A stretch of DNA of 64,000 nucleotides from Macrostomum lignano (Eukaryota): the NCBI GenBank assembly GCA_002269645.1, contig NIVC01000585.1, forward strand, positions 62,001 to 126,000, in the 5' to 3' direction. Every line of letters begins with the position of its first letter. Positions within the stretch are counted from its first letter, which is position 1. The notes below the pieces were generated by a model. It was not told where the DNA came from, made no database searches, and was given only the letters and a program-made list of their open reading frames with translations. The translations under genes and the position numbers were made by a program. Below, in pieces: positions 12,094 through 34,639 of this stretch.

Positions 12094-15000
12094 GCCTCCC
12101 GCCTGCTGGAGTCCCGCCTGGCAGCCAGTCGGGCTCAGATCGCCAGCCTGACGTCCTCGAACTCCGGCAGCCTCGACGCCTCCCGCCTGGAGGCTCTCCG
12201 AGCCGAGCAGAGGCAGACCCTGCGGCTGTGCGAGGGTCTCTACCGGCTCAGCATGGACGACGAGGATGGCGAGACGAAGCCGGCCAAGACCGCCAAGCAG
12301 CAGCTGAGGAAATCCGTCGCATTCCAAGAAACAAAGACCTCCTCAACGCCAGCCTCCGATGCCTTCATCCGCTCCAGCCTCGCCGAGCTGCGGTCCCTCG
12401 CCGAGTTGGAGGCGGCGAAGCCTCCGCAGCAGCCGTCGACGACGACGCAGAAGTCGAGAAGTCGCGACGATCTCGACGCTACGGAGGGCGAGACGGCGGT
12501 TCGTCGGCGCTACCAGGAGCTGCTGCGGTCCCGCGTCAAGGCGATGTGGTCCGACTTTGACGTGGCCGGAGCGCGCGAGTCGCCCGGCGGCTGGCATCGG
12601 CGGCGGCGCTCCGCCTCGCTGGACGGCAGTCTGGAGGGCAGCGGCGGCGCCAGGAAGACGGTGGGGCCGCTGGTGGCTGAATTCCCCTTCGTTTTTTCTG
12701 AATTCCATTTTCGTTTCTTTCAGAATTCCTCTTCGGTTTTTTTCTGAATTCCCCTTTGTTTGTTCTAAATTCCCCTTCGTTTATTTCTGAATTCCCCTTT
12801 CGGTTCTTTCTGAATTCCCCTTCGGTTCTTTCTGAATTCCCCTTTGTTTGTTCTGAATTACCCTTCGTTTTTTTTAATTCCCCTGTGGTTCTTTCAGAAT
12901 TCCCTTTCGGTTCTTTCTGGATTCCCCTTCAGTTCTTTCTGAATTACTCTTCGTTCCTTGCTGAATTCCCCACAGATTTCTCACTCAAAGTCTTTCCATA
13001 TTAATCCCTGTTATTCGCTACTAGTAATTGCCAGTAATCCCCGCCCGCCACAGAAGCCGGCCCCCGCCGCAGCCTCCACATCCACCCTGGGCCGCACCAT
13101 CCCGGAGCCGTTCTCCATGACCCTGCGCGAGTCGACAGCCGGGCCGGCCTCGCTTCGCAAGAGCCGCTCGCTGCTGCAGTTCGAAGCCGAACGGCGACGC
13201 CAGCGGGACGAGGAGGAGGCGGCCTGCCGGGTCCGTTTCCACGCCAGCCCCGTGCCGGCGCACGTGCGGATGCCGCTGTTCGAGGAGCTGAGCGAGCAGC
13301 AGCAGGCGCGCCGGAAGGAGATCCGGGAGCGAAGTCAGGAGCGGCTGAAGGAGATTGAGAGGCCATTCAGCTTCGCCTCGGAGTCTGGTGAGCCGGGGGG
13401 TTCACTTCAGGAATCAGTCAGATTCAATTCAGAATTCTATCAGCTGCCCTTCAGGATTCTATCAGCTGCCCTTCAGGATTCTATCAGCCACCCTTCAGGA
13501 TTCTATCAGCTACCCTTCAGGATTCTATCAGCTGCCCTTCAGGATTCTATCAGCCACCCTTCAGGATTCTATCAGCTGCCCTTCAGGATTCTATCAGCCA
13601 ACCTTCAGGATTCTATCAGCTGCCCTTCGGGATTCTATCAGCCACCCTTCAGGATTCTATCAGCTGCCCTTCAGGATTCTATCAGCCAACCTTCAGGATT
13701 CTATCAGCTGCCCTTCGGGATTCTATCAGCCACCCTTCAGGATTCCAACAGCTATCCTTCAGGATTCAATCAGCTACCCTTCAGGATTTCATCAGCTACC
13801 CTTCAGGATTCCAACAGCTACCCTTCAGGATTCCAACAGCTACCCTTCAGGATTCTATCAGCTACCATTCAGGATTCCATCAGCTACCCTTCAGGATTCA
13901 ATCAGCTACCCTTCAGGATTCCATCAGCTACCCTTCAGGATTCTATCAGCCACCCTTCAGGATTATATCAGCCACCCTTCAGGATTCTATCAGCTACCCT
14001 TCAGGATTCTATCAGCCACCCTTCAGGATTCTATCAGCTACCCTTCAGGATTCCATCAGCTACCCTTCAGGATTTCATCAACTACCCTTCAGGATTCCAT
14101 CAGCTACCCTTCAGGATTCCATCAGCTACCCTTCAGGATTCAATCAGCTACCCTTCAGGATTTCATCAGCTACCCTTCAGGATTCAATGAGCTACCCTTC
14201 AGGATTCTGAACCCACTGACCGCCCACCACCTCGCAGCAGCCCGACCGGAAGCCCCGCGCAGCTCTGCCGCCGCCCCGGCCGCTGCCGCCGACTTCCGCG
14301 CCAGGCCGGTGCCGCCCACCAGCAGCTCCGGAGAGGCCGTCCGCGCCCGGCAGCAGCTGCGCGAGGAGGACGAGCTGCTCCGGCAGATCCGCATCCGCAT
14401 GCGCTCCGAGGAGCTGCTGGGCCGCAGCGCCACGCCAGGCGAGATGGCGGACAGGCAGCGCCGGATGGAGGAGCTGCGGAAGTCCCGGCTGGCCGCCAAG
14501 TACGGCGAGGTCGACGACGGGAAGGCAGCGACTTCTTCCAAGCAGAAGCAGCAGAAAAAGCAGAAGAAGAAAAGCCAGCTGGCTGGCGCTGACCCGCCGG
14601 ACTTCAAGCGGCTGCACTGGAGCTTCGGCCAGGAGCTGCTGACGTCATCGTCTGCCGCCGTCAGTGCCGCAGGGGGCCGCGTGGCCACCAGGACGAAGCC
14701 GTTCAAACTGCGGACGGAGCAGCGGCTGCAGCGACGGCCGGGCAGCGCGCCGCAGGCTGCCAGCACCGCGGCCTCTTTGAATATCCCGGCGCCCATGAAG
14801 TCAAGCGCTAAGGTTTGATGGCTCACCGAAGTCTTTGACTGATACTCATTGATCCCCATTGATTCCCATTGATTCCCATTGATCCTCATTGATCCTCATT
14901 GATCCTCATTAATCCTCATTAATCCCCAATGATCCCCATTGATCCTCATTGATCCCCATTGATCCTCATTGATCCTCATTGATCCTCATTGATCCTCATT

Positions 15001-17447
15001 GATCATCATTGATCCTCATTGATCCTATTGATCCCATTGATCCTCATTGATCCTCATTGATCCCCATTGATACTCATTGATCCTCATTGATCATCATTGA
15101 TCCTCATTGATCCTATTGATCCTCATTGATCCTCATTGATCCTCATTGATCCCCATTGATCCTCAATAATCCCTAATCTATCCTTAATGATCCCAACTTG
15201 ATCCCCACCGCAGCCGGGTTCCAACGGCGCAGTCGCGGACTTCGCCACCCGCTCCCGCCACACGCTGGTTCGCTACGAGGAGGCACCGCCCGCCCGCCTC
15301 ACCCAGTCAGCGATGCTGCGCGAGGCCCGTCGCGACGCCGAGCGCCAGGCTGAGGAGCGGCGCCGGCGCCAGACGCGCTCAACGACTACGAGGCGCCAGG
15401 CGGTGCAGCGAGAGCTTGCGGAGTCGGTGCGGGCGAGCGTCAGCCTGGCGGCCGCGGGCTCGGGGCCCAGCATCTCGGAGCGAACGAGGGAGAAGCTGGA
15501 AGCTCAGCGGTGAGCTCAGCGGTGACTCAGGATACCTAGTCTCGAATTCTTTATCTTCAATCTCAGATCCTCAATCTCAGATCCCCAATATCAGGTCCCC
15601 AATCTTAGATCCTCAATCTCAGATCCCCAATCTCAGGTCCCCAATCTTAGATCCCAATCTCAGATCCCCAATCTCAGATCCCCAATCTCAGATCCTCAAT
15701 CTCAGATCCCCAATCTCAGGTCCCCAATCTCAGATCCCCAATCTCAGATCCTCAATCTTAGATCCCCAATCTCAGATCCCCAATCTCAGATCCTCAATCT
15801 CAGGTCCCCAATCTTAGATCCCCAATCTCGGATCCCCAATCTCAGATCCCCAATCTCAGATCCTCAATCTCAGATCCCCAATCTCAGGTCCCCAATCTTA
15901 GATCCCCAATCTCAGATCCCCAATCTTAGATCCCCAATCTCAGATCCCCAATCTCAGATCCTCAAACTCAGGTCCCCAATCTTAGATCCCCAATCTCAGA
16001 TCCCTAATCTCAGATCCCCAATCTCAGATCCTCAATCTCAGATCCCCAATCTCAGGTCCCCAATCTTAGATCCCCAATCTCAGATCCCCAATCTTAGATC
16101 CCCAATCTCAGATCCCCAATCTCAGATCCTCAATCTCAGATCCCCAATCTCAGATCCTCAATCTCAGATCCCCAATCTCAGGTCCCCAATCTCAGATCCT
16201 TAATCTCAGGTCCCCAATCTTAGATCCCCAATCTCGGATCCCCAATCTCAGATCCCCAATCTCAGATCCTCAATCTCAGATCCCCAATCTCAGGTCCCCA
16301 ATCTTAGATCCCCAATCTCAGATCCCCAATCTTAGATCCCCAATCTCAGATCCCCAATCTCAGATCCTCAATCTCAGATCCCCAATCTCAGATCCCCAAT
16401 CTCAGATCCCCAATCTCAGATCCTCAATCTCAGATCCTCAATCTCAGATCCTCAATTTCAGATCCCCAATCTCAGATCCCCAATATCAGATCCCAAATCT
16501 CACTATTCAATCCCAAACAGGGAGCAGGAAGAGGCCTACAAGCAGAGGCTGCAGGAGATTAAGGAGAAAATGAAGCAACGTGATCTGCTGGTTGTGCAGC
16601 AAGCGAAGGTGAGCTCCGTTCCTGAACCCTTGCATCATCCTTGAGTCAGGCTGTCGTTTGACTGCTGGAATTTCCTCTGCAATATTTTCCCTCAGCTGAT
16701 TGCGCAACAGCGAGCCCAGGCCAAGTACCGCAAGACCCTAGAGGAGGCGGGCCTGGACCCCAAGGAGGTGGACGAGAATGCCAAACAGTACCAGGAAGGA
16801 GACTTGCAGTCCTACACCCAGGAGTTTGAGGAGGACTATGAGCGGGACTCGCCAGGTAAGCAGCTCATGACCTCACTCATGACCTCACTCATGAACTCAC
16901 TCATGAACTCACTCATGAACTCACTTATGAACTCACTCATTAACTCACTCATGAACTCACTCATGAACTCACTCATGAACTCACTAATGAACTCACTCAT
17001 GAACTCACCCATGAACTCACTCATGAACTCACTAATGAACTCACTCATGAACTCACTCATGAACTCACTCATGAACTCACTCATTAACTCACCTATGAAC
17101 TCACTCATTAACTCACTCATGAACTCACTAATGAACTCATTCATGAACTCACTAATGAACTCACTCATGAACTCACTCATGAACTCACCCATGAACTCAC
17201 TCATGAACTCACTCATTAACTCACTTATGAACTCACTCATTAACTCGCTCATAAACCCTCACTCATTAACTCACTCATGAACTCACTCTTATTTCAAAGT
17301 ACATCGTGAACTAATTTTTTTGCCCTCCCAACCGCCCCTGCAGCAGCAGTCAGCGAAGAAGATGAGGAGGTCAGCGACCGGGTCAGCAGTGGCAGTGGCG
17401 GGGAGCTGGGAGCCACAACTCGCGCGGAGGCTGCGGTGGCCGAGTGA
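12094..17447 (+). CDS. FAM161A: FAM161A/B-like (UPF0564) ciliary microtubule-associated protein, 5' exon(s) not identified
   Basis: Phase-compatible GT-AG exons 12094-12660, 13054-13387, 14238-14812, 15214-15509, 16521-16608, 16696-16855 and 17344-17447 (TGA). Family motifs: TIPEPFSMTLRE, FHASPVPAHVRMPLFEEL, RPFSF, FRARPVP, YKQRLQEIKEKMKQRDLL, KYRKTLEEAGL. No internal stops. Confidence 0.88.
12679..12975 (+). repeat. Degenerate ~21-bp minisatellite (GAATTCCCCTTCGTTTTTTCT-like) in a FAM161A-like intron
   Basis: Visible tandem GAATTCCCC-TT units inside intron 12661-13053. Confidence 0.8.
13410..14212 (+). repeat. 22-bp minisatellite CTTCAGGATTCTATCAGCTACC in a FAM161A-like intron
   Basis: Tandem units inside intron 13388-14237; source of the spurious LQDSISYPSGF ORFs. 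Confidence 0.95.
14845..15170 (+). repeat. 10-bp minisatellite CATTGATCCT in a FAM161A-like intron
   Basis: Tandem units inside intron 14813-15213. Confidence 0.95.
15555..16500 (+). repeat. 14-bp minisatellite CAGATCCCCAATCT in a FAM161A-like intron
   Basis: Tandem units inside intron 15510-16520. Confidence 0.95.
16863..17290 (+). repeat. 12-bp minisatellite ACTCACTCATGA in a FAM161A-like intron
   Basis: Tandem units inside intron 16856-17343; same unit as the array at 37413-38960. Confidence 0.95.
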
Positions 17448-18156
17448 GCAGTGATGAGGCTGAAATCATTGTTTTTCTTCATAAAGTTTGTACTGTTACA
17501 TTTTTCTGTTTTTTATTGTCTTGTTAAAGAAAGCTAGCAAAACCCTAGTTTTCTACTGACCAAATCGTTACCAGTAGGCTAATCCGAATTTTATGTTAAA
17601 GTCTAAGCGTATGAAAATATTAATGATGCAAGCATTTATCTAAGATAGATTATAGTAAGCAAAACAGCTAGGCTATACTCTCACACACTGGCTGTGAAAC
17701 CACTTGACATTCATCTTTAACAAGAATATTTTATTTATCTTATTCCTAGCAGTAGCATATAAAGCAGTAGCATTCCTTCCGCTTTCCCTTCACAGAATTT
17801 TTATGCACCATTTTTTGTTATTTTCTGCAAATAGTGGTTTTTATTGTAAACTTATACGGATTTCATAGGGATCTGTGTGTCGGATTTTGCTCAACTGGAG
17901 TGAGCAGCTTCTCATCAGTACTGTGTATTGTAATTTAAAAACTGGTTATTCGCGCTACCCTTATCATGCTGTAATAACTTGATTTATTATTTCTGTGTTA
18001 CAGATGCACAATATTGCCAGGTGCAAAATTTGGGTTAATAAAATTGCTTAAACTGAACTATATTGTCCTTTTGAGCATCACGGCTGCAAAATGCAAATCT
18101 AATTGGTTTAACTTTTTTCCTTAACTTACGTAGCAACTATCTTGATATTGACACCT

Positions 18157-18830
18157 GCAGATTGGGATATAGACACTGCAGATTGGGATACAGACACTGC
18201 AGATTGGGATATAGACACTGCAGACTGGGATATAGACACTGCAGATTGGGATATAGACACTGCGGATTGGGATATAGACACTGCAGATTGGGATACAGAC
18301 ACTGCAGATTGGGATACAGACACTGCGGATTGGGATATATAGACACTGCGGATTGGGATATAGACAGATTGGGATATAGACACTGCGGATTGGGATACAG
18401 ACACTGCGGATTGGGATACAGACACTGCAGATTGGGATACAGACACTGCAGATTGGGATACAGACACTGCAGATTGGGATACAGACACTGCAGATTGGGA
18501 TACAGACACTGCAGATTGGGATACAGACACTGCAGATTGGGATACAGACACTGCAGATTGGGATATAGACACTGCGGATTGGGATACAGACACTGCAGAT
18601 TGGGATACAGACACTGCGGATTGGGATATAGACACTGCGGATTGGGATATAGACAGATTGGGATATAGACACTGCGGATTGGGATATAGACACTGCAGAT
18701 TGGGATACAGACACTGCAGATTGGGATATAGACACTGCAGATTGGGATACAGACACTGCAGATTGGGATATAGACACTGCAGATTGGGATATATACACTG
18801 CAGATTGGGATATAGATATACAGATTGGGA
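18157..18830 (+). repeat. 21-bp minisatellite GATTGGGATATAGACACTGCA
   Basis: Tandem units; 7-residue periodicity in the ORF track. Confidence 0.95.
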
Positions 18831-19469
18831 TCTCAGATTGGCCTCACGCCTTGGCTGCTTTGTGAAAGAAGCAGTTGACTGCCACAGTGGCTTATACAAC
18901 AATTTCGCCCCAATAAGTTATTAAACAGTCGCCCATATCAAGCGAATCGCTGTCACTCGCAGAGAGAAGTTTCATCGAGTTTTTTAAACCGAAATTATGA
19001 TTCTGTGTGGAACAAAAGATCGGGCACACAGTGCCGTGTCTGCAGCCCCTCGCCAACCAGATGTTTGCCACGCGGGGGATTTCGGACTCCAGCCTTTAAT
19101 TTCTTCGGCCTGTTCAAGCAGATTTTGAGCAGAAGAATTGCTTTTTTCTTCAGCTAAATAGACTAGAAATTTGCTTTCGCGCTCTCCAGATGGTTCCGCC
19201 ACGTTTCCTGTGCCCAGAGCTCTGCTTTCGCCAAGCCTTGTGGGGGTTTCGCTTCCCACTGTTCCTCTCAATTAATAATCTTTTTAATGAGCCTCATCTA
19301 GCAATTATTTTTGAACTTTTACTCTGGTTTCTCGCAACATCTCGCTTCTCTGATGAGCTTCGATGCAGGGCGCCAGTCTCGTACATTTATAACAAATTAT
19401 AAGTAAGATTTATGAAATATTGGGGATGAGAAATATGAGAGATGAGAAATGAGATCTCATAGCTCACAG

Positions 19470-20130
19470 ATCTCATAAATCTCACCCTCCATTTCTCACA
19501 GCTCTCACCCTCCATCTCTCAGATCTCACCCTCTATCTCTCAGATCTCACCCTCTATCTCTCACAGATCTCACCCTCCATTTCTCACAGCTCTCACCCTC
19601 CATCTCTCACGGATCTCACCCTCCATCTCTCACAGATCTCACCCTCTATCTCTCAGATCTCACCCTCCATCTCTCTCAGATCTCACTCTCCATCTCTCAC
19701 GGATCTCACCCTCCATCTCTCACAGATCTCACCCTCCATCTCTCACAGATCTCACCCTCCATCTCTCACAGATCTCACCCTCCATCTCTCACAGATCTCA
19801 CCCTCCATCTCTCACAGATCTCACCCTCCATCTCTCACAGATCTCACCCTCCATCTCTCACAGATCTCACCCTCAATCTCTCACAGATCTCACCCCCAAT
19901 CTCTCACAGATCTCACCCTCCATCTCTCACAGATCTCACCCTCCATCTCTCACAGATCTCACCCTCCATCTCTCACAGATCTCACCCTCTATCTCTCAGA
20001 TCTCACCCTCCATCTCTCACAGATCTCACCCCCAATCTCTCACAGATCTCACCCTCCATCTCTCACAGATCTCACCCTCCATCTCTCACAGATCTCACCC
20101 TCCATCTCTCACGGATCTCACCCTCCATCT
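19470..20130 (+). repeat. 23-bp minisatellite CTCACCCTCCATCTCTCACAGAT
   Basis: Tandem units. Confidence 0.95.
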
Positions 20131-21295
20131 CATAGATCTTAGAAGATCGATGAGGTTACAGAAGCTCTCATTTCATTCCCGAAAAAATAAAAATTCTGGG
20201 AAAAGAAGCCAATTAGCCCATGCTCCATCACATGCAGCCTTTCTAAACACGGTTGTAGCAAAAGCCAAACACGGGATTCTGCATAAGGTCTGCTTGCTTC
20301 ATCTCTCTCTCTCTCTCTCTCTCTCTCTGGCTCCGACCTCCCGCAGAGCAGAAGAGACTCCAGCTGGTTTTTGGAGGACTGAAAACTGCTCTGAATCTTT
20401 CTGTTAGTCAGTCCACTGAGTGCTGACTTGAGTATAGAGGTGGGCAGACAGGGATAACTGGGATGATTTCTGGACTGAGAGACGAAGCCAAGTTAGTTTG
20501 GGATTTGCAAGCGTTGCACCTTGACTGGAGTGATTTTGCTGGCTGAGGTTCGCACCATGGAGCACCTCTGGGCAAGAATTCTCTGGATTGCAAGCTGGAG
20601 GCTTTGAGCTTCCAATCCAGATTTCAGATCTAACGAAATCCATGGACTCCAGCTATCTGGCTTCACTCTCCAATGCGATGCACATGTAGGGAAATGTTTT
20701 AGGAACCAATTTGAGTAAGGAGGGGAAGTTGACTGTCTTATCCCCTGCAGTCAGCCCGGTTCTCCCAGCCCCCCGGTGAGTCTGCGGGTGATGATGAAGA
20801 AAAAGCCGGGAGAAGCTGGATGTCTCCCCGGAAAAGATTTGGGAAGAAAGAGCAACAGTTTGCGGCTTTCCCATGGCGCCCCGCAGGGTCGCACCGCCCC
20901 CTCTCTCTATCTCACTTTTTCTCCCACTCTGCAATTCCTTCTAGTCGCGCATTGCTCGCGAGTCCCGCAGCAGTCTTTGAGTTGCTTGGCGTCTGCTGCA
21001 GCTCAGGGCGGGGCAGTCCTGCATTGTCTTCCGCTCTCATCGCCACCTCCTCAACTTGCCAGCACCTGTAAAGCCATTGTTGTCTTGAGTCCCACTGCTG
21101 CTCTGCTCAGTCTTCGGCTTTTGAAAGACACGGCAGAGGCTGAGAGGCCGCCCTCTCGCGCAGCCCAGATTTCACAATTCTCAAAGGCAGAAAACACAAT
21201 GCGGCCTTGGAGTGGAGCTGCACAATGCAATGCTTTCAAGCGGGTAACATCAGCTTAACCCAGTGTGTTCTTGTCTGCCTGTCAGGTGCAAAGAG

Positions 21296-22362
<1,067 letters not shown>

Positions 22363-23392
22363 CCCCAAGCTGATTCGCAATTTAATTGGCAATTTCTTTC
22401 TGTGTGGCGAACTTGTTGCAGAAACTCAGATGATGATGCGAGGATGACTGGGACATGCAAAATCTCATCGCGCGAGTCCCCTCTCTGCTTTCCTACCTGT
22501 GTCTCCCAGCGGGGTGACGGGGTGGAGGCTGTAGCTGATAAATGAATTATTCACGGCCTCATCGCGGGGCCCTCCGTGAAACAGATTTGAATGGCCGACC
22601 CTCAGCCAGGACCGGCCGGACACCCGGAGATGAACTGCTGCTGCTGCTGGGCCACCCGCACCACCTGTGCCGGACTTTGACAAATCCCTAAAGCCCAATG
22701 TTTGGGGATTTTATTATATATCAGTGGCGGGATCCCCCATCCCAGAGCAGAACTCAAAGCCATATAATCCGCCTCGCTGCGTCCCCATCTCTAATCCGCA
22801 CCTGGCGGAGGCTGAGAGCTGAGGGGTTGACAGAAACTTGTTGATGATGGCGCATGCGGGACCGCGGCTTCTGCTGCTCCTGTGCCTCCCTGATTGTCTC
22901 CGCAGCCCCATTGTTGCGGCTGCTGCTGCCCGCCTGAACGAGCAAGCAGACTTTGGGCAGAGAAAAAAAGCAAAATAAAAACGAAATGATGGCACGCAGA
23001 AACCTGCGCGGGTCTGTAGGGAGGGGGGGGGTCAGCTCCCCAGAAATTCCCAAAGCAAAGCAGAGGCAAAAGACAAGCGGCGGGAGGAGGCCCCAACATT
23101 TCTCCCGCATCTCCTCTGTTTCTGGGGCTCCGGCGGTTTTTTGGCTTTTTTTCTGTTGTTGACCGCCGCCACTTGGTGTGGTGAAGCCTTTTCTGAAGTC
23201 TTCTTTCCTTGAAGCAGAAGTTGCCTCGGCTGTCGCCGGCAAGAGGCATCCAACAATTGAGAGGAGCGGCCCTGCTGAGTCTCCTCATTCCCAAATTAGG
23301 GGTCTGCAGGCCCTTTTTCCTTTCGCAGAGTCAACTCCGCAAAGTTCTTAGGCTTGTCACGGTGAGTGGGAGGCCAAGCTTCCAGGTTTCCC

Positions 23393-23393
<1 letters not shown>

Positions 23394-23466
<73 letters not shown>
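23394..23466 (+). repeat. (CT)n microsatellite
   Basis: Dinucleotide run. Confidence 0.95.
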
Positions 23467-23470
<4 letters not shown>

Positions 23471-25799
23471 CTTTGCTGAACTTCCTACTCACCTACTCAC
23501 CTTCGCCCTGAGATTGTCTAAGCCAGAAGGCACCATGCCGATTCATGTCCAGCAGAGGCCCTCTGCACTCGACTTTCTGAAACACATGCACAATAAATAT
23601 TACCATAATTTTTTCGATCGCAATACAAGCGAGTTGGGGAAAAGTGTACTGTACTACCCGTAAAATGAGTAACCTAACACAGTTTGTTGCACTTTTCTGC
23701 ACATTTTTCCAACTTTTCGATATGTCTGTCGGGCTTTATGAGCCAAAAGTTTGAGAAGAACTGGTCCAGTCAGAGCTCCCTTGTCTCCAGCCTCATCCAG
23801 ACTCGGTGTCAAAAGCTTTACAAACAATCGCCCGCGCAGTTTTAACCGCCTCTTCAAAGCACAAAACTGCGACAGATAGCAATCTCTGGGAGGCTTCAAA
23901 CGAAACGGATGAAAAAAGCTACTATAGAATACTCGAACAATGAAACTGATATAATGACCTGAGGGTGCTCCTCCCACTGTCTGTGCTAGCACTAACAGTT
24001 GTTCTCTAAAACCAACTACGGAGGACTCCGGGGTGACAACTGAGGCAGCCTCCGGGCAGTAAAAATTCACCTTGCTGACAATCAACAATGGGCTCAGACT
24101 ATGAGCAATAAAGCCGACCGAAGGCTGCATCTCTTCCTCATCAGCTCAGGGTGCCCGCATCTGCGCAGCAACCCCAGCTCCGCCAGCATCGTGGATGGAG
24201 TGGAGAGTCTGCAAGCTAACTCACTGCCCTTCATCGCGTGTGTGTGGGGGGGGGTTGCGGAGAGGGGATCAGGGAGGCAGCTGTTGCTTATAATAATTAT
24301 CCCTGAAACCCGCGAACCCGCCGAAACTTCTGGCGATCGCGGCTGACAAAAAAGCCGGCGGAGGTCGCCAGTCAAGAGCGGGCAGCCGGGCGCGCAGCCT
24401 GCTGGTGCGGAGTGGCTCGAAAATGCAGCCGATATTTTTTGATGAAAAAAAAACTGATACATGCAGGAAGCGGGAGAGGCATTAATCTCCCCCATGCTCT
24501 GCTCCGGAGGCACTGAGTGACTCCTTCAGTCTTTGTTTTTGTTCTTAACAAATTGCTCACCCATCGCCCCGCCCTCTTCTGCGGTTTGGGGGGAAGCAAA
24601 AAAATCTTGATTTGGGATTTTCTCCACCGCCTACAGGTTTTGAATGCCGCACGTGTCCAGCAGAATTGCTCTGTGAGTTATGAATTATGAATTTATGATT
24701 AGGGAAGATTCTCCCCTCTCCCCAGTCCAAAGCCACCGATGAGAATGTCGATATTTGATGGATTCGGGAAAAAAATTGGGGAATTGCCGAAATTCGGTCT
24801 GCAACTTTCTCTTTTTTCCGTATTGAAAGTCTCTGGGAGAATTTCTGATTTGATTGGCAGTGGATCTGGTGGGCAGAGCTCATTCTCACATTCTGTTGTA
24901 TCCGTTTTTGTTTCAAGTTTCAGCAAAACCATAATTCTTCTCGCAACAGCCCAACCTGTCGTCGATGTCGTCTATCCCAGAAGAGAAAAAGAGGGAGGCA
25001 GGAAAATCTCAGCTGCGGAGTGCTTCAGCCTCCCGAAATTGAAGGCAAACACCCGATCCCTACAGGTGTGCTCAAGCAGAGGGAAATCTGGCCGCCCCTC
25101 GGACTTCGGATACTCAACTGGTCGCTGGAAAATTGCAATCTTTAATAATTTAGCCGCAATAATTCTTAACTTGCGAGCCCGCCTGTCCGGCTCGCTCGCT
25201 ACCTGCCGCGCAGATTTTAATGACTAATTTGCCCCCCCCCGGCGAGGAGAGAAGGGGCAACGTTTCCTGGAAAGGCTACTTGCCACTGGAAATTGTTTAG
25301 CGGTCCCGATTGGGGCATGAATAAATTATGCTAATTAAACACCGACCGACCCCAGTCCCCAAGGCGCAATCCTGGCTCACCCACTCTCCGCAGCCTCCCG
25401 CTCAGCTCCTGGATCAAGAGGGTTTTTTGAAAGCGCGGCCCCGGCCAGCCCAGTGATTGGCATTGATTTGGAGTCGGCTGCCTCCAGCTTCAGGTCGCTC
25501 GCGCGCCTTCCCCCAGATTGAAGATTTTCAAGCGGCCGGCCCACCTGCTGAACTGCAGCTCAGCTCTCAGGAGTGGCGGAGGCTGCGGCATTGATTGCCC
25601 AGCTCTGCTTTCATTCCTCCTGCTCAGCCAAGCGCTCACTCGATGGCTTTCATGGACACCAGCAGCCGATGCCTTGGAAGACTGGATGGGAATCTCAGCT
25701 CAGCCAGGTGCAAATGACTCTACAGGCTTAGGCAAATTTGTCCAGAGGCGGGTTTAGAAATATAAAATGAGGGGGGGACTTGAATCATGAGTGAATCAT

Positions 25800-26105
25800 G
25801 GTGCCATAATGTACCCTAGAGGGGTGCCATAATGTAACCCTAGAGGGGCGCCATAATGTACCCTAGAGGGGTGCCATAATGTACCCTAGAGGGGTGCCAT
25901 AATGTAACCCTAGAGGGGCGCCATAATGTACCCTGGAGGGGCGCCATAATGTACCCTAGAGGGGCGCCATAATGTACCCTGGAGGGGCGCCGTAATGTAC
26001 CCAAGAGGGGCGCCATAATGTACCCTGGAGGGGCGCCATAATGTACCCTGGAGGGGCGCCGTAATTTACCCAAGAGGGGCGCCATAATATACACTAGAGG
26101 CGCCA
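25800..26105 (+). repeat. 23-bp minisatellite GCCATAATGTACCCTAGAGGGGT/C
   Basis: About 13 tandem units. Confidence 0.9.
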
Positions 26106-27147
26106 TACAGAGCAAAGTGAGGGCGCTGAGAACCTTTTTAGGGCAAAGGAAAAGGGGCGCCATTGTATCATCGCCATGCAGTCACAAGGGGCCCTCCGCC
26201 CCCACCCCCTAAATCCACCACTGAAGTCTGAATTCGTCACAGCCGTCACATCATTTTTTATTATTTAAAAACAAAAATTCTCTGCTTAACAACAATAAAA
26301 GCTCGTTACAATTATTACTTTGTTAAAACTTTTTAAATTAATAGCTATATGTACAAATTTAATTTAAAACAAAAGTTTAGTTTTTTAGTGCATTGCATAT
26401 TGAATAGGTAGAATAGTGGTTAAAAGTTTACTGCATTTGACCAGAGAAATTTTTAATAGTTGATTTGTAAGTTTTTATATAAATAAAAATAAAAAAAAAA
26501 TAAATTTTAAATAAATAAAATTTTATTTTACATCATTCTCGAGTATTATAACATATAATGATCATAAATTCTTAATTTTTTATTTTAGTAGAGCTAGTAT
26601 TGTAGGATACGACGACGTACGACGAACGTTAAAATTTAATTAATAATAATTATAGTAGTTGAGTGACTATATTCTGGCTATAAGTTCAGATAATTAAGTT
26701 ATTTTAATTTTAATCAGAAAACAGAAGTTAGAGAAAAATACTTTTTTGACACAGGCCGCCAGTTCTAACCGGGCACCCTAATATGACAATCAAATTGCAC
26801 ATAGTATAACAAATAAATATCCAAATCGTAAGTAGACTCAATAAACCGTTAATAACGTTATAAAACACAACATTTGATTCGATTACTAAATATAGATTGT
26901 AGAAATTAGTTAACAATAACAATCAAATCAAATGTATGGTTGATAAAGTATGTCATGTAAAATTACATATACGCTCGTACTGTAACAAATATGCGCGTAA
27001 ATACAATGAATAATTAAACATCATTTATTTAATTTACGAAGTTGCACTTATGCAAAGTACATTCACACAGCAAGTCTGACTGCCTGCAAAAACTACCTGC
27101 GTCCACCAATTCATGTACATGAAATTTTTTTTTGAAATTTTCGCATT

Positions 27148-34316
<7,169 letters not shown>

Positions 34317-34639
34317 CGGCACTGGAGTTATCGCAGCAAATCTTAACAAAAGAACTGGGGCTTAAAGAGATATTACAGAGCGCTAATCAGATATATTTGC
34401 TTTTGCAGTCTACTGCAGTGCTTGAGGGAGACCCAACAGCAACAGTTTTAAACCAAGTTGTGCAGCCTTCTGGTGCTCAGAGGCGGATAAAACAAGGGGA
34501 TAAATGGGGGCGAGAGTTCCGGCGGAGAGTGGCGCGGACCAATCAGCGCAGAGCAGGTCCCGGCACCCCATTGGTCGGGCATTCCCGGCTCTCAGGGATT
34601 CTCTGCGTGACACAGGTGTCTTCTGCTGGAGCTTCGGTG

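Noticed and set aside
23530-23950. Protein-like stretches (MPIHVQQRPSALDFLKH.., QSELPCLQPHPDSVSKALQTIARAVL..)
   Set aside because: Interrupted by stops and no family is recognisable, so I cannot support even a pseudogene call.
26400-26940. Possible mitochondrial rRNA or NUMT fragment downstream of Gfi1
   Set aside because: Only AT richness and short generic matches; equally consistent with 3' UTR or intergenic DNA.
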